NCBI GenBank assembly: GCA_040904965.1
Contig: JBBDSL010000004.1
Span: forward strand, 101-64,100
Direction: 5' to 3'
Length of the DNA: 64,000 nucleotides
From: Wenzhouxiangellaceae bacterium
Lineage (GTDB): Bacteria; Pseudomonadota; Gammaproteobacteria; Xanthomonadales; Wenzhouxiangellaceae
Part shown: positions 7,579-16,900 of the stretch, piece after piece
Layout of the letters: every line of letters starts with the position of its first letter
Numbering within the stretch: the stretch's first letter is position 1
Position numbers and translations under genes: made by a program
The notes under the pieces: generated by a model
The model's database searches: none
Told to the model about the DNA's origin: nothing
Seen by the model: the letters and a program-made list of their open reading frames with translations, nothing else

Positions 7579-8460
7579 TTACTTTACTTTCGTGCAGGTC
7601 AGGGTGAGCGTGTTTCCGGAGCCCGAAACGTGACAGTCCAATCCAGAGCCTGTGCCGCCAATCCTGTCGGCCAAAGCCTCAAGAGCAAGCGCGTTTCCAG
7701 GACCTTGTCCAAAGCCCAAGCGAATACCATTAAACTCAGTAGTCGCTATGGGAACGCTGCCGTTATCCTGTTGACCTTGCACCGGAATCAAATTGCCATC
7801 CGCGTCGAGGACTTCAATCTCGACAAGCGTCCCATCGGGCAATCTGACTAACGACACGCGGCTACCATCATCATAGGAAACTATGATAATCAAACTACGC
7901 TTTCTTATGGTATTTCCTACACCTCCGCTTAGTCCTCCAATCGGAGTGTCGACTCCAAGATCGCGGCTCACAGATTCAAAATCCGGCAGATAGCCATTAT
8001 CTTCCAGATGCAATCGGATCTGCGAAAAATACGATGCACGCAGTCTACCATCGCTTATATCTCGGACTACGGACGAAGGTACATCCGTCCCCAGCAAAAC
8101 CCCCGAAAGGTCCGACCTGGAAATTGGCGCAACAAGCCGACTTGCGTCCTGTACGGCTTGCTGAAATACACTCTTCTCGGTAACCGGGAAATCGGCGGTA
8201 ACTACCTCGGTCCATTGTACGACGCCGGTATCAAAATCCTCCAAAAATGTCCAACGGTTGTATTTCCGCGTCTCGTTGGTTTCACGATTGGTCACATAGA
8301 TCGGCGTATAACTTCCCGGCGCATTAAGCGCCTGGTGTCTGAACGCGGTATCGGTTGTGCACGAATCGCACAATACCCACCACGCTGAGGATGCAAATAC
8401 ACTTCCTGGAATCGAAAGCCAGATTCCAAGCCACACAATAGCCGTTAGAGTTCTTCTCAT
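7579..8460 (-). CDS. secreted hypothetical protein (signal peptide), in opposite orientation to the array
   Basis: 293 aa with the leader MRRTLTAIVWLGIWLSIPGSVFASS. No family recognised. Confidence 0.55.
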   Translation of the reverse strand: MRRTLTAIVWLGIWLSIPGSVFASSAWWVLCDSCTTDTAFRHQALNAPGSYTPIYVTNRETNETRKYNRWTFLEDFDTGVVQWTEVVTADFPVTEKSVFQQAVQDASRLVAPISRSDLSGVLLGTDVPSSVVRDISDGRLRASYFSQIRLHLEDNGYLPDFESVSRDLGVDTPIGGLSGGVGNTIRKRSLIIIVSYDDGSRVSLVRLPDGTLVEIEVLDADGNLIPVQGQQDNGSVPIATTEFNGIRLGFGQGPGNALALEALADRIGGTGSGLDCHVSGSGNTLTLTCTKVK

Positions 8461-8964
8461 TGATATTCAATTTCGCCAAAATTCGAACCGCGCACCCCTA
8501 TACCCGGATGGGTACGGCATATATTGCCACCCTCTCAATGTGTTGTCAACATCAAATCGGAAATGAGAGTGACGGCACACAAACCGGCGCCGACCGCAGC
8601 CACGAACAGACCGAACGGCGCACTAAGTGAAAATGCGCCAAATGATCAATTAGACAGTCACGTCTTAGAGGAGACTGTACCAGTCGGATTTGGGTCAACG
8701 CGGTAGTCGAATCTTTGAAGTTTCAGATGCCAGGCCGTTTTTTCGCGCCCTTGGCGGATACAACCAGGAAATCCTCCGATCCAATGCACACGAAATCTGG
8801 CATCAAGGCCATTTGCTTGTCCAAAGTTGGTGAAATGGGTTATCGGCCAGGCGAGAACAGCATTGCCGCGGCGGTCTGACCTTTGAGGAAGGCTTTCTCA
8901 AAGTGTTCGGCGCACGCTTTGAGCTTGTCCAGAGCGCCGAGTGCATTGGCAAATCCGGATTTGG

Positions 8965-8980
8965 GTAGGAAAATTCCTAC
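8965..8980. repeat. 16-nt motif GTAGGAAAATTCCTAC (also 58370-58385 and, inverted, 58391-58406)
   Basis: Exact string match at three places. The half-sites GTAGGAA/TTCCTAC are inverted. Confidence 0.7.
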
Positions 8981-9160
8981 GAAGTGGGTGTCTAGACTGC
9001 CGCTAGACTCCCGGGTGAGACTCCCGGGTGCTTGAAGCCCTGAATGCAATCCATATTACTGGCGGATGAATACCCGCTGGATCAAGGCTATTGCCACCGT
9101 ACAATTTTTGAGGCATGATGCTCAGGAGACAAGGGTCTTTACTAGAAGGGGAGTCAGGCA

Positions 9161-9481
9161 ATGGATCGGCGTTCATTTGTAAAAACAGTAAGCATTTCCT
9201 CGTTTATGGTGACCCTGAGTCCCCTTCTCGCCGGCTCGCTTCCTCACGTTTTAGTCAAACAACAACGCTCCCCGAAATCACTGGCGACCACCATCATGGC
9301 GGAATTCGGGCCGGGATTTAAAGTCTTCGAGTATCGAAAGATCGACGGTATGCATCATGCAACCATCGGTCATCTGGGTAACGAGTACCGCGTCTGTTCC
9401 GCCGATTTACGTGCATGGACGATTCTGTCTTACGATGTTCCGGAGGCTGGGGCCGGCAGTAACCGGAAGCGGCTGGTCTAA
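9161..9481 (+). CDS. small protein with twin-arginine (Tat) leader
   Basis: 106 aa. MDRRSFVKTVSISSFMVTLSPLLAG fits S/T-R-R-x-F-x-K followed by an h-region. A GGGGAG RBS lies upstream, and the gene sits directly upstream of the lodA-like gene. Confidence 0.55.
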   Translation: MDRRSFVKTVSISSFMVTLSPLLAGSLPHVLVKQQRSPKSLATTIMAEFGPGFKVFEYRKIDGMHHATIGHLGNEYRVCSADLRAWTILSYDVPEAGAGSNRKRLV

Positions 9482-9560
9482 TGGCCCATTAACAAAAAAG
9501 AGGCCCAGTTTCAGTTACACGTGGGCGCTTGTCCGACAGGGGCGATTAAAGGGAAGAGAC

Positions 9561-11555
9561 ATGGCATCAAAAATTTCGCGCATTCGTATCCATCCGGGTA
9601 TCGGGCTGGCACGCCTGGGTAACAGTGACGAGCACTTTATCGGCCCCGAAGCGCCGGGATGCATATCGGATCCCGGCGGAGAGAACGGACCGGGACCGGA
9701 CGGCGGATCCTACCGTGACGAACAGATGCGGCTGAAGCGCCAGGCGCAGCGTTATCGCATTTATGGATACGATGCCGATGACAATCTGGTTGGCGAAGTG
9801 AATGCGACAATGGCCGGGGTCGAGAAAATTCGATGGCGTGTTCACGTTCGCAATATGAAGGCAGCCAATTACGCTTTTCAGGGCGCCTACCTTTTCGATC
9901 CGTCCAAATACCGGAATCCCGGAATCCAGGGCGATGCAAAAAACCCTATCGATCGGGACCAGCTCATCATAGACCCCGGCCCGGTCACCGTCGATGCCGA
10001 TGTCATGCAGCCGGTAGTCATGACGGGCGACTGCTTTACCGGTATAGACGAAGGCGAGCTGCCGGGCTATCTGCGCTACTGCAATCATGACGTGCCCGAC
10101 CCCAGGCAACCGGTTCGGGTCACATACACGCCGGCGATGGATATCGAGTTGGGCCAACTGCGCCTGGACGACGAGCAACGACTTGTGTTTATTCCGGCAC
10201 CCGGCAAGGCCGAGTGCGTGACCACGCCTCAGGTGCAACTGTCCAATCCGAGCGAGTTTTTCGATCCGCCCAACGGCCCCGATCTGGACGATCCTCTGGT
10301 CAATCAGTTTGCGTATTTCAATGTGCCCGGCTGGTGGGACGACACCTGCGGCGGCGAGATTGATGCCACGGTACTGCTGGATGACGGCACGGTCCTCAGC
10401 ACCCGGGATAACGTGACTTCGCTCGACACAGAGGGGGTGCGCAACGCGACCAACGGCGCCTGGGTTGTGACGGCACCGCCCAAATACGCGCCTTACATGG
10501 TGCACGTGGTCTCGCTTCTGGATCGGGTCTACGAGGCGTTCCCGGAGTCGGATCCGAATCGCGGTTTGACGACCAATTTCTATCGGGATATCTACCCTAT
10601 TTTCGAGCGAGCGGTCAACTATGGCTGGGTAAGCGCCGAGGCGGCCGGCGTGGATCCTACTACCCGAAATCTGGCCCATGGACCCAAGCAGGCCGGTAAC
10701 TTGCTAAGCGCAACGAATCTTGCCGCTTTTGCCGATCCCGGCGAGGCATCGCTCCCGGCCAGAAAGCAGATCTATGGAATCATGCGGCATGCCGACAAGG
10801 GACGGTTGAGCGCGACGCTGCCGCCAGCGCCACCGGAACCCGCAGGCGATCCGGTCGAAGGCGGGGTATCGCGCGGCAATCTGATGCCCAAGTTATGGGG
10901 AACAGGGGGCAAGCCGCTGCAGAACGATCAGCTAGGACACAATTTGCCCAACCAGTATCTGAGTCTCACCGATTGGCAGCTCGCCAGGCTGGACGACTGG
11001 GCGAAAGGGGATTTTGAGCCCGGACAACTTGCCAAGCCTGTCCCGCTTGATGAGCTGCCACTGAAGAGTCGGCCACACGCGCTCGATGCCGCTGCGCTTG
11101 AGCCGACGATCGGCGGCGGCTTTCACCCCGGGATCGAATTTCCGTACTTGATCTGTTATCCGGAATTGTTTGCCGAGGCCTTTCGCGTGAAGGAAGGAAC
11201 AGAGCCGGGCTCGGTCGCAGCCTATATGTCGAGCCCCTGGCACGGAGACTACTGGTCATGCAATGTCGCGTGGTGGCCGGTCCAGCGTCCCGATATTGTT
11301 TTCGACTACGATCAAGCAACCGGCATGCGAACCTATCGGGAATGGTTTCGCGGATACGGGCCGCAGGGCGAGCCGCTATCGGCTACCGACGGTTACAACC
11401 AGATGGTGTATGCATGGCCGAAGCTCGGCATGGTGTTGCCGCACAAAGATCCCGACACCGGCGAGTTTGTAAACGACAACGGGTCCGTTGTATATCAGGA
11501 ATATCAGCGGGATCCAGAGCTGAACGAGCCGCCGAAGAAAAAAGACTGCTACTAG
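9561..11555 (+). CDS. LodA/GoxA-family quinoprotein (CTQ-type amino-acid oxidase family)-like protein
   Basis: Start trimmed to MASKISRIRIHPGIGLARLGNSDEHFIGPE (family N-terminal signature) with the RBS aagggaag. The C-terminal part has GGGFHPGIEFPY and SPWHGDYWSCNVAWWPVQRPD. No signal peptide. Confidence 0.7.
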   Translation: MASKISRIRIHPGIGLARLGNSDEHFIGPEAPGCISDPGGENGPGPDGGSYRDEQMRLKRQAQRYRIYGYDADDNLVGEVNATMAGVEKIRWRVHVRNMKAANYAFQGAYLFDPSKYRNPGIQGDAKNPIDRDQLIIDPGPVTVDADVMQPVVMTGDCFTGIDEGELPGYLRYCNHDVPDPRQPVRVTYTPAMDIELGQLRLDDEQRLVFIPAPGKAECVTTPQVQLSNPSEFFDPPNGPDLDDPLVNQFAYFNVPGWWDDTCGGEIDATVLLDDGTVLSTRDNVTSLDTEGVRNATNGAWVVTAPPKYAPYMVHVVSLLDRVYEAFPESDPNRGLTTNFYRDIYPIFERAVNYGWVSAEAAGVDPTTRNLAHGPKQAGNLLSATNLAAFADPGEASLPARKQIYGIMRHADKGRLSATLPPAPPEPAGDPVEGGVSRGNLMPKLWGTGGKPLQNDQLGHNLPNQYLSLTDWQLARLDDWAKGDFEPGQLAKPVPLDELPLKSRPHALDAAALEPTIGGGFHPGIEFPYLICYPELFAEAFRVKEGTEPGSVAAYMSSPWHGDYWSCNVAWWPVQRPDIVFDYDQATGMRTYREWFRGYGPQGEPLSATDGYNQMVYAWPKLGMVLPHKDPDTGEFVNDNGSVVYQEYQRDPELNEPPKKKDCY

Positions 11556-11580
11556 TGGGCGACTGGTAGCCGCTGCCTTC

Positions 11581-12762
11581 ATGATGAAGAAACTGCATGC
11601 TGCTTGGGACGTGTTGGTCATTGGCGCAGGACCCGCCGGCGCAGCAACAGCATTCGAAGTGGCGCGGGCTGGTTATTCGGTGCTGGTCATCGAACAGCGG
11701 ACAAGCCCGGGCAACAAATTTGGCGAATCTTTGCCGCCGGCGGCTGTGCCGGTGGTTGAGCGGCTGTCAGGCCCGCTCACCGCGGAGACCATGCATCAGT
11801 GGGGAATTGCCAGAACCCGCGGGAACATTGCCGCCTGGCAGTCGCCCGCCCCCGAACAATCCGATTTTTTCTTCACCCCCGAACGGCATGGCTTATCGAT
11901 CAATCGCACGCTGTTTGACCGTGCAATCATCAATTCCGCCTGTGCCGAGGGCGCCGTTTTTCAATTTGGAACCCGGGTCGACCAAGTGCATCGCGCACAG
12001 GTCGGCAACTGGCGCCTGAGGCTCAACGGTGGTAACGGTGGTGGCGAGACCTATGCGCGATTTGTGGTCGATGCGTCCGGGCGTGCGTCGATGCTGGGCC
12101 GCAGGCTGGGTGTCGAACGTTATTGCCTCGATCATCTTTTCGCCTTCGGCCAGACCTGGCTCGCCGCAGAAGAAGACAATGACCCTTATACCCGGATCGA
12201 AGCGGTGGACGATGGCTGGTGGTACAGCCAGAAGATTCCGGTCGACCGCGACCATACCAGCGCCCGCCGGGTCGTTTTCCATACCGATCGTGACCTACCC
12301 GTGGCGTTGCAGGCCGGCAATCATGCTGGATTTTCCAGGCTTCTGGAACGAACAGAAATCGTCCGCTCCTTGTTGCACGCCCAAGGCTACCGCCCGCAGG
12401 AAGATGTTCGCGGCGCTGATGCCGCCAGCTCCCGAATGAGCCAGTTTGCGGGAGACGGCTGGCTGGCGGTGGGAGACGCCTCGCAGGCCTTCGACCCGCT
12501 CTCCTCACAGGGCATCTTCAAAGCGCTAATCGACGGCGCTGACGCCGGGCGACAATTGTGCAACGCGCTGCGCGATCCAAGCCGGGCGCGAACGCTGTTT
12601 CGTGATTATGCGCAACGCCAGGCGCGCAAGTGGCTGGATTATTTACGCCAACTCCAATACGTTTATTTTTCCCAGAAGCGCTGGTCCGAACGGCCTTTCT
12701 GGAATCGTCGCGGGCACGAAGATCCCGGCGTCAACCGATACCAGATGAGAGAAGTATCATGA
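11581..12762 (+). CDS. LodB/GoxB-like FAD-dependent flavoprotein
   Basis: 393 aa with the dinucleotide fold WDVLVIGAGPAGAATA. It sits immediately after the lodA-like gene, as in known lodAB pairs. Confidence 0.7.
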   Translation: MMKKLHAAWDVLVIGAGPAGAATAFEVARAGYSVLVIEQRTSPGNKFGESLPPAAVPVVERLSGPLTAETMHQWGIARTRGNIAAWQSPAPEQSDFFFTPERHGLSINRTLFDRAIINSACAEGAVFQFGTRVDQVHRAQVGNWRLRLNGGNGGGETYARFVVDASGRASMLGRRLGVERYCLDHLFAFGQTWLAAEEDNDPYTRIEAVDDGWWYSQKIPVDRDHTSARRVVFHTDRDLPVALQAGNHAGFSRLLERTEIVRSLLHAQGYRPQEDVRGADAASSRMSQFAGDGWLAVGDASQAFDPLSSQGIFKALIDGADAGRQLCNALRDPSRARTLFRDYAQRQARKWLDYLRQLQYVYFSQKRWSERPFWNRRGHEDPGVNRYQMREVS

Positions 12763-15491
12763 GAAAGTTGCTACCTGTGGTTGTAATCACGGTACTCGCT
12801 TTGTGCGGTTCCGGTAACGCAAATGCGTCTCCAGCGCACGATAATCCCAGCCCTGCCCCCGAGTCCTCGGCCTCGATGCAGACCCCTCAGAATGACGGCC
12901 AGACGATTCCCCGGCCCGTTTTCCAACTTGGGGACACGCCCAGCACGCCGTTTCCGGATGAATCTGAACGTGCCAAAGCGTTCGTGGATTTTTTCAATCA
13001 GACCTACTTTGCTGATAGTCAGATTACGCTGCCGTTGTTGACCAAGTCGCAGGTCGTCTGGTTCCCTCCGCAAACTGAAGGAGACACCTCGCTGGAGCTG
13101 GTTGTCCGAACTACCGCCGGAGAAACGGCCAATTGCGAAGATCCGCAGGGGTATCCGATCGTTTGCGACGATGATTTCTCCACCGGCGAGTTCTGCAAAG
13201 CGTGTCATGACAGCGTCCTGTTTGTCGAAGGTGGCGGATTGCCGCAGATGGCATACTTTTCCGAACCTGATTTTACTGAGCAGCACGAGACCTGGCTTGC
13301 CAACTGGTCGCAGTACGGAGACTGGAACGCGAATATCATGCGCCTGGCAACGCGAGACCCGATCTGGCAGGCACAGATCGAAACCGAAACCAACAAGCAT
13401 CCGTATGCCGATCCGGCGGTCATTCAGGACGTGTGCTTCAGCTGCCATGGCGAGATGGGTGAGCGCCAGCTCAAATTTGACCATGGCGCCGAACAGGTTT
13501 TTTGCACGGATATTTTCTACGCCACCATACCCGGCCTCGAAGGAGACTTCGCCCGCGGCAAGCCTTACGTGCCCACCGGCGACTGTGAGCCCATTCCCGA
13601 CAAGCCGATCGCCGACCACCCGAATCTGTATGCCAAATACGGCGCGCTCGCGCGAGACGGCGTTTCCTGCGAAACCTGCCATCGTATCGGCCCTGAAAAC
13701 GGCCGCGGGCGCTGGGACGGGACCGACTTCAGCATATTCTACGGCATGAAAAATCCGGGCCCGGACGCACCGATTCCTAACGTGTCAAGGCGCCAGACGG
13801 CGAACCCGAACCCATTGGAATATGAGTTTACCGCCACCTTCGACTACGATATGCAAACCATCATGGCACCGGACACGACCGAAAGCCTTGATACTGAAGT
13901 CATGTTGCGCGACGACAACTTGCACATGGCTCAGGCACTCAACGAGGCCACCGGTGATACCTATCTGGGGCAGGCGGTGATCTGCGGCACCTGTCATGTG
14001 TTGATCGTTCCCCAGATTCCAACAGCCTTCAAGCCTGAAGCGCCGGTACCTGCCAGCAATGACCCTGACGGCAAGTATCCTTTTTACAAAAGACCGGATG
14101 CGTGTGACAAGGAAACCTTTGATAAGGCGACCAATGGTATCTACGGCAATCCGTTAACCGACAACTGCGTCGCGCTCGGTTACGAGCAGGCGACCTATCT
14201 GGAGTGGATCAACAGCGACTTCGCGTCTGAAGAAGACAACGAAAACACCTGCCAGGGTTGTCATATGCCGCTGGTGACCAACCCAAATGATCCTACCGAT
14301 CACACCGCGATCATGGCGCAGTCCACGCAGGGCCTGACGCCCAAGGATTACCGGCGTCATCGGCTCATGGGCATCAATCTGCCGGTCTTCGAGATGTTCG
14401 TGCAATTTCCGGAAGTGCTCGGCATCGCGACGTTCGACGATCTGGTGCCGCCATTGGGTATATCCATCACCGGCGAAGAAGCGAAGTTTGTCCAGCACGC
14501 CTTGTTGAACGGCCAGATGGCGATAGTCGAGCAAGCCACCAGCCAGGCCAACGGCAATGGGTTGCAGCCGGATTCCGGCCAGAAGGCGCCGCAGGCGGCG
14601 ACCGAGATCGTCATTGACGATTTAACGCTGAACTCCAATTCGTTGACGGCGGACATCACGGTCATCAACAATGCCGGCCACAAGTTCCCCTCCGGCGCCG
14701 GATTTCGACGCGGTTTCCTGCGCTTTGAGGTCTTTAACGAGGCCGGCGCGTTGCTCTGGGTCTCGGGCGCCACCAACCCCTTTGGTGCCATCTGCAACGG
14801 ACCCTGCAAGCAGGATGCCAGCGGCAAATACAATCTGCTCGATAGCGAGGTTACCGGTGGCGATCCGGCGAAGCTGCAGCCCCACCATTCGATAATCACC
14901 CGGCAGAGCCAGGTGCAGATCTATGAGGTGCAGGCGGTCGATGACACCGGAACCCTCACTTCCCGAACTCTGTCGCTGTTCTACGATGCCAAGGATAATC
15001 GACTGCTGCCGCGCGGTTTCAAACAGCCGGGAGAGCTTGGCTGCGAGGAAAATTCCCGCGCTGGCACTGAAATTTTTGGAATCGCCCAGTGCTCCGCAGC
15101 CTACGCCACGGAATCGCAAATCGAAATGCCACTTACGATCGGCAGCAGCATAGCCGCTGATCCCCATTACACGGATTCTACGCTTGCAGGCTCCGATCAG
15201 ATTAGTTATCACATCCCGCTGGCAGACATGAACGGAACCCCAAATTCGATCCGCGTGACGATGGAGTATCAGACAATCCCGCCCTCCTTCCTTGCATCAA
15301 GGTTTGAAGACGGATTCGACAAAGAAAAAAATGCGTTCCTGCAGGCAACCGAGCGAAGCATTTATCTGACAAGCCATCTGAACACTGACCTAGCGCTCAA
15401 AAGCGAACATCCCGAGAATCCAGATCTGACCTTTTCCCGAAACTGGACAACCAGTATTTACCAAACAGCGTCCAACATCGATCGGGATTGA
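12759..15491 (+). CDS. secreted pentahaem c-type cytochrome
   Basis: Start trimmed to MRKLLPVVVITVLALCGSGNANA (Sec leader), overlapping the lodB-like stop (ATGA). It has five CXXCH motifs (CKACH, CFSCH, CETCH, CGTCH, CQGCH) and a NNAGHKFPSG motif typical of multihaem families. Confidence 0.8.
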   Translation: MRKLLPVVVITVLALCGSGNANASPAHDNPSPAPESSASMQTPQNDGQTIPRPVFQLGDTPSTPFPDESERAKAFVDFFNQTYFADSQITLPLLTKSQVVWFPPQTEGDTSLELVVRTTAGETANCEDPQGYPIVCDDDFSTGEFCKACHDSVLFVEGGGLPQMAYFSEPDFTEQHETWLANWSQYGDWNANIMRLATRDPIWQAQIETETNKHPYADPAVIQDVCFSCHGEMGERQLKFDHGAEQVFCTDIFYATIPGLEGDFARGKPYVPTGDCEPIPDKPIADHPNLYAKYGALARDGVSCETCHRIGPENGRGRWDGTDFSIFYGMKNPGPDAPIPNVSRRQTANPNPLEYEFTATFDYDMQTIMAPDTTESLDTEVMLRDDNLHMAQALNEATGDTYLGQAVICGTCHVLIVPQIPTAFKPEAPVPASNDPDGKYPFYKRPDACDKETFDKATNGIYGNPLTDNCVALGYEQATYLEWINSDFASEEDNENTCQGCHMPLVTNPNDPTDHTAIMAQSTQGLTPKDYRRHRLMGINLPVFEMFVQFPEVLGIATFDDLVPPLGISITGEEAKFVQHALLNGQMAIVEQATSQANGNGLQPDSGQKAPQAATEIVIDDLTLNSNSLTADITVINNAGHKFPSGAGFRRGFLRFEVFNEAGALLWVSGATNPFGAICNGPCKQDASGKYNLLDSEVTGGDPAKLQPHHSIITRQSQVQIYEVQAVDDTGTLTSRTLSLFYDAKDNRLLPRGFKQPGELGCEENSRAGTEIFGIAQCSAAYATESQIEMPLTIGSSIAADPHYTDSTLAGSDQISYHIPLADMNGTPNSIRVTMEYQTIPPSFLASRFEDGFDKEKNAFLQATERSIYLTSHLNTDLALKSEHPENPDLTFSRNWTTSIYQTASNIDRD

Positions 15492-15812
15492 GCGCTACGC
15501 ACATGGCGGGCTGATTCGTTTGACGTGGGCACCCACCTCCCAAGATGCTCGCGGGCATAGCGCGACAGCAGCGGTTCAATCCGTGGAATCTTCGGGTTTG
15601 TGAAGAAGGAAGCTGTACGTTTGGCCAATTTCTGCTCAGTTGTGCGAACTGCGGACACGACAACCCTGACCGGGTGGTCATGAGAGGTTGGTTCGAACGA
15701 TTGGTAGGGTTCAGCCCGGGCTGAACAGCGCTGCGGCGCAGTTTGCCCTTTCAGGAAGGCGCGGCCAAATTGATGGGCGAGGGGTTGTAAAGAAGCGTTT
15801 CCTGAAACACGT

Positions 15813-15819
15813 ACATAAC
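15813..15819 (+). other. orphan attC first core (ACATAAC) abutting an IS remnant
   Basis: acataac-gaa-ttagattctatgttggacgtcaagc. The same junction architecture occurs at 20543 (gtctaac-gaa-gcagattctatgttggaagtcaagc). Confidence 0.5.
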
Positions 15820-15841
15820 GAATTAGATTCTATGTTGGACG

Positions 15842-16105
15842 TCAAGCGACTTTTCGCTGACTTGGATCGAACTGCTCGCCGTTTTTCATCAGAGCGAACG
15901 CAATCCGGATCAGTTTGCGTCCCAGAACAATATAGGCTTGGGTGGACTTCATTCCGCGATCCGCGAACCGCTCCAGGTAAGGCTTGAAACCGAAGCGTTC
16001 CGCGGCGGCTCTGGCCGCATTGAAAATGAGTCGCTGATACTTGCGGTGGCCCTTTTTTTGTCCAGTTTGCGCCGGCCAGCGAGTCGGGAGACCCAAGTAA
16101 TACAT
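15842..16105 (-). pseudogene. IS110/IS1111-family transposase C-terminal remnant
   Basis: KKGHRKYQRLIFNAARAAAERFGFKPYLERFADRGMKSTQAYIVLGRKLIRIAFALMKNGEQFD resembles the Transposase_20 tail. About 270 nt are near-identical to 20556-20830. Confidence 0.6.
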
Positions 16106-16193
16106 GTTGAAGAATCAGCCACCGGAAACCCGCCCGCCCGGGCGTCCTTTCAATTCAGGGCCCGCACGTGCTTGCGGTACAGCTCGTCGAAGC

Positions 16194-16313
16194 ATTATTG
16201 AGCTAGCTAAGAATTTCGGTTACAGTCGGAAGCAGCTGAGGGAAATTGAGGCCCTTATTGAGGAACATTACGATGAGCTCATTGGTGCATGGCAAGAGCA
16301 CTTCGGCAGTTGA
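16194..16313 (+). pseudogene. DUF4160-like gene, 5'-truncated
   Basis: Only the C-terminal IIELAKNFGYSRKQLREIEALIEEHYDELIGAWQEHFGS remains. The upstream part is replaced by IS/recombinase debris. Confidence 0.4.
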
Positions 16314-16581
16314 AGTGACTAATATCTCGACTTTTGGGATCTGGCTCTTGGTCCGAGAAAAAGAGCTGTTTTTGGCGTACGAAGATTTTCCCTGGTTCAA
16401 GGACCGGCCAGTCAGAGAAATTCTAAATGTAGAGGAGCCGCAACCCGAACATTTCTACTGGCCTGAGTTGGATGTGGACCTCACACAAGAGACCATCGAA
16501 CATCCCGAGCGGTTTCCAAATCGGGCGAAGCACATAGCGAATAAGGGTAGATCGCGCGAGAGCAGCGAGCCGCGATCTTAA
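16273..16581 (+). CDS. DUF2442 domain protein
   Basis: Start trimmed to MSSLVHG. The sequence FGIWLLVREKELFLAYEDFPWFKDRPVREILNVEEPQPEHFYWPELDVDL matches the DUF2442 pattern (fPWl...W..lDvDl). This protein is the usual partner of DUF4160. Confidence 0.65.
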   Translation: MSSLVHGKSTSAVEVTNISTFGIWLLVREKELFLAYEDFPWFKDRPVREILNVEEPQPEHFYWPELDVDLTQETIEHPERFPNRAKHIANKGRSRESSEPRS

Positions 16582-16594
16582 CCGGTGGTTGAAC
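16536..16594 (+). other. attC-like site homologous to attC5
   Basis: gatcgcg-cgagagcagcgagc-cgcgatc...gttgaac. The stem differs from attC5 (ggtcgtg/cacgacc) but still pairs, and the same loop and 3' flank follow. Confidence 0.45.
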
Positions 16595-16657
16595 AAGCCC
16601 GGTCGTGATGGTTAGACGTTATGTTTTCTCACGGTGAATTTGAGGTAAAATCGCGGT

Positions 16658-16900
16658 ATGGCTAATATCACCCAAATTGAACGAGAGTTGCTAGGTCTCC
16701 CTGCCGCCGAACGAGAACGACTTGCTCTTAGAGCATGGGAGAGCCTGGTTGAAAGTGAAGAGGCGGCGTCTGATCCCAATATTGATCCGGACGGCCTCGA
16801 ACTAGCCAACGAGCGCGACAAGGAGCTGGAGCGTGGAGAAGTGGATGCAGTAGAAGAGAAAGAATTCCGCCGTTGGACGGGCGGAATGAATGAAGGTTGA
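16658..16900 (+). CDS. addiction-module antitoxin (TIGR02574-like)
   Basis: 80 aa. ELLGLPAAERERLALRAWESL followed by an acidic tail. It overlaps the toxin gene start. Confidence 0.6.
   Translation: MANITQIERELLGLPAAERERLALRAWESLVESEEAASDPNIDPDGLELANERDKELERGEVDAVEEKEFRRWTGGMNEG

Noticed and set aside
8840-9049. 69-aa minus-strand ORF and an adjacent short frame in the debris upstream of the lod module.
   Set aside because: No start context and no recognisable family. It overlaps the GTAGGAAAATTCCTAC motif and a tandem duplication, so it is likely a gene fragment.
9357-9560. N-terminal extension of the LodA-like ORF (track start at 9357), which overlaps the Tat-leader ORF.
   Set aside because: The family signature starts right after the ATG at 9561, and that ATG has a good RBS. 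The extension has no features and overlaps another plausible gene.
15676-15720. tRNA-like ggttcgaa string and the 18-nt perfect palindrome gttcagcccgggctgaac.
   Set aside because: No acceptor, anticodon or T-arm cloverleaf can be drawn around it. It is probably debris or a small hairpin in the decayed part of the array.
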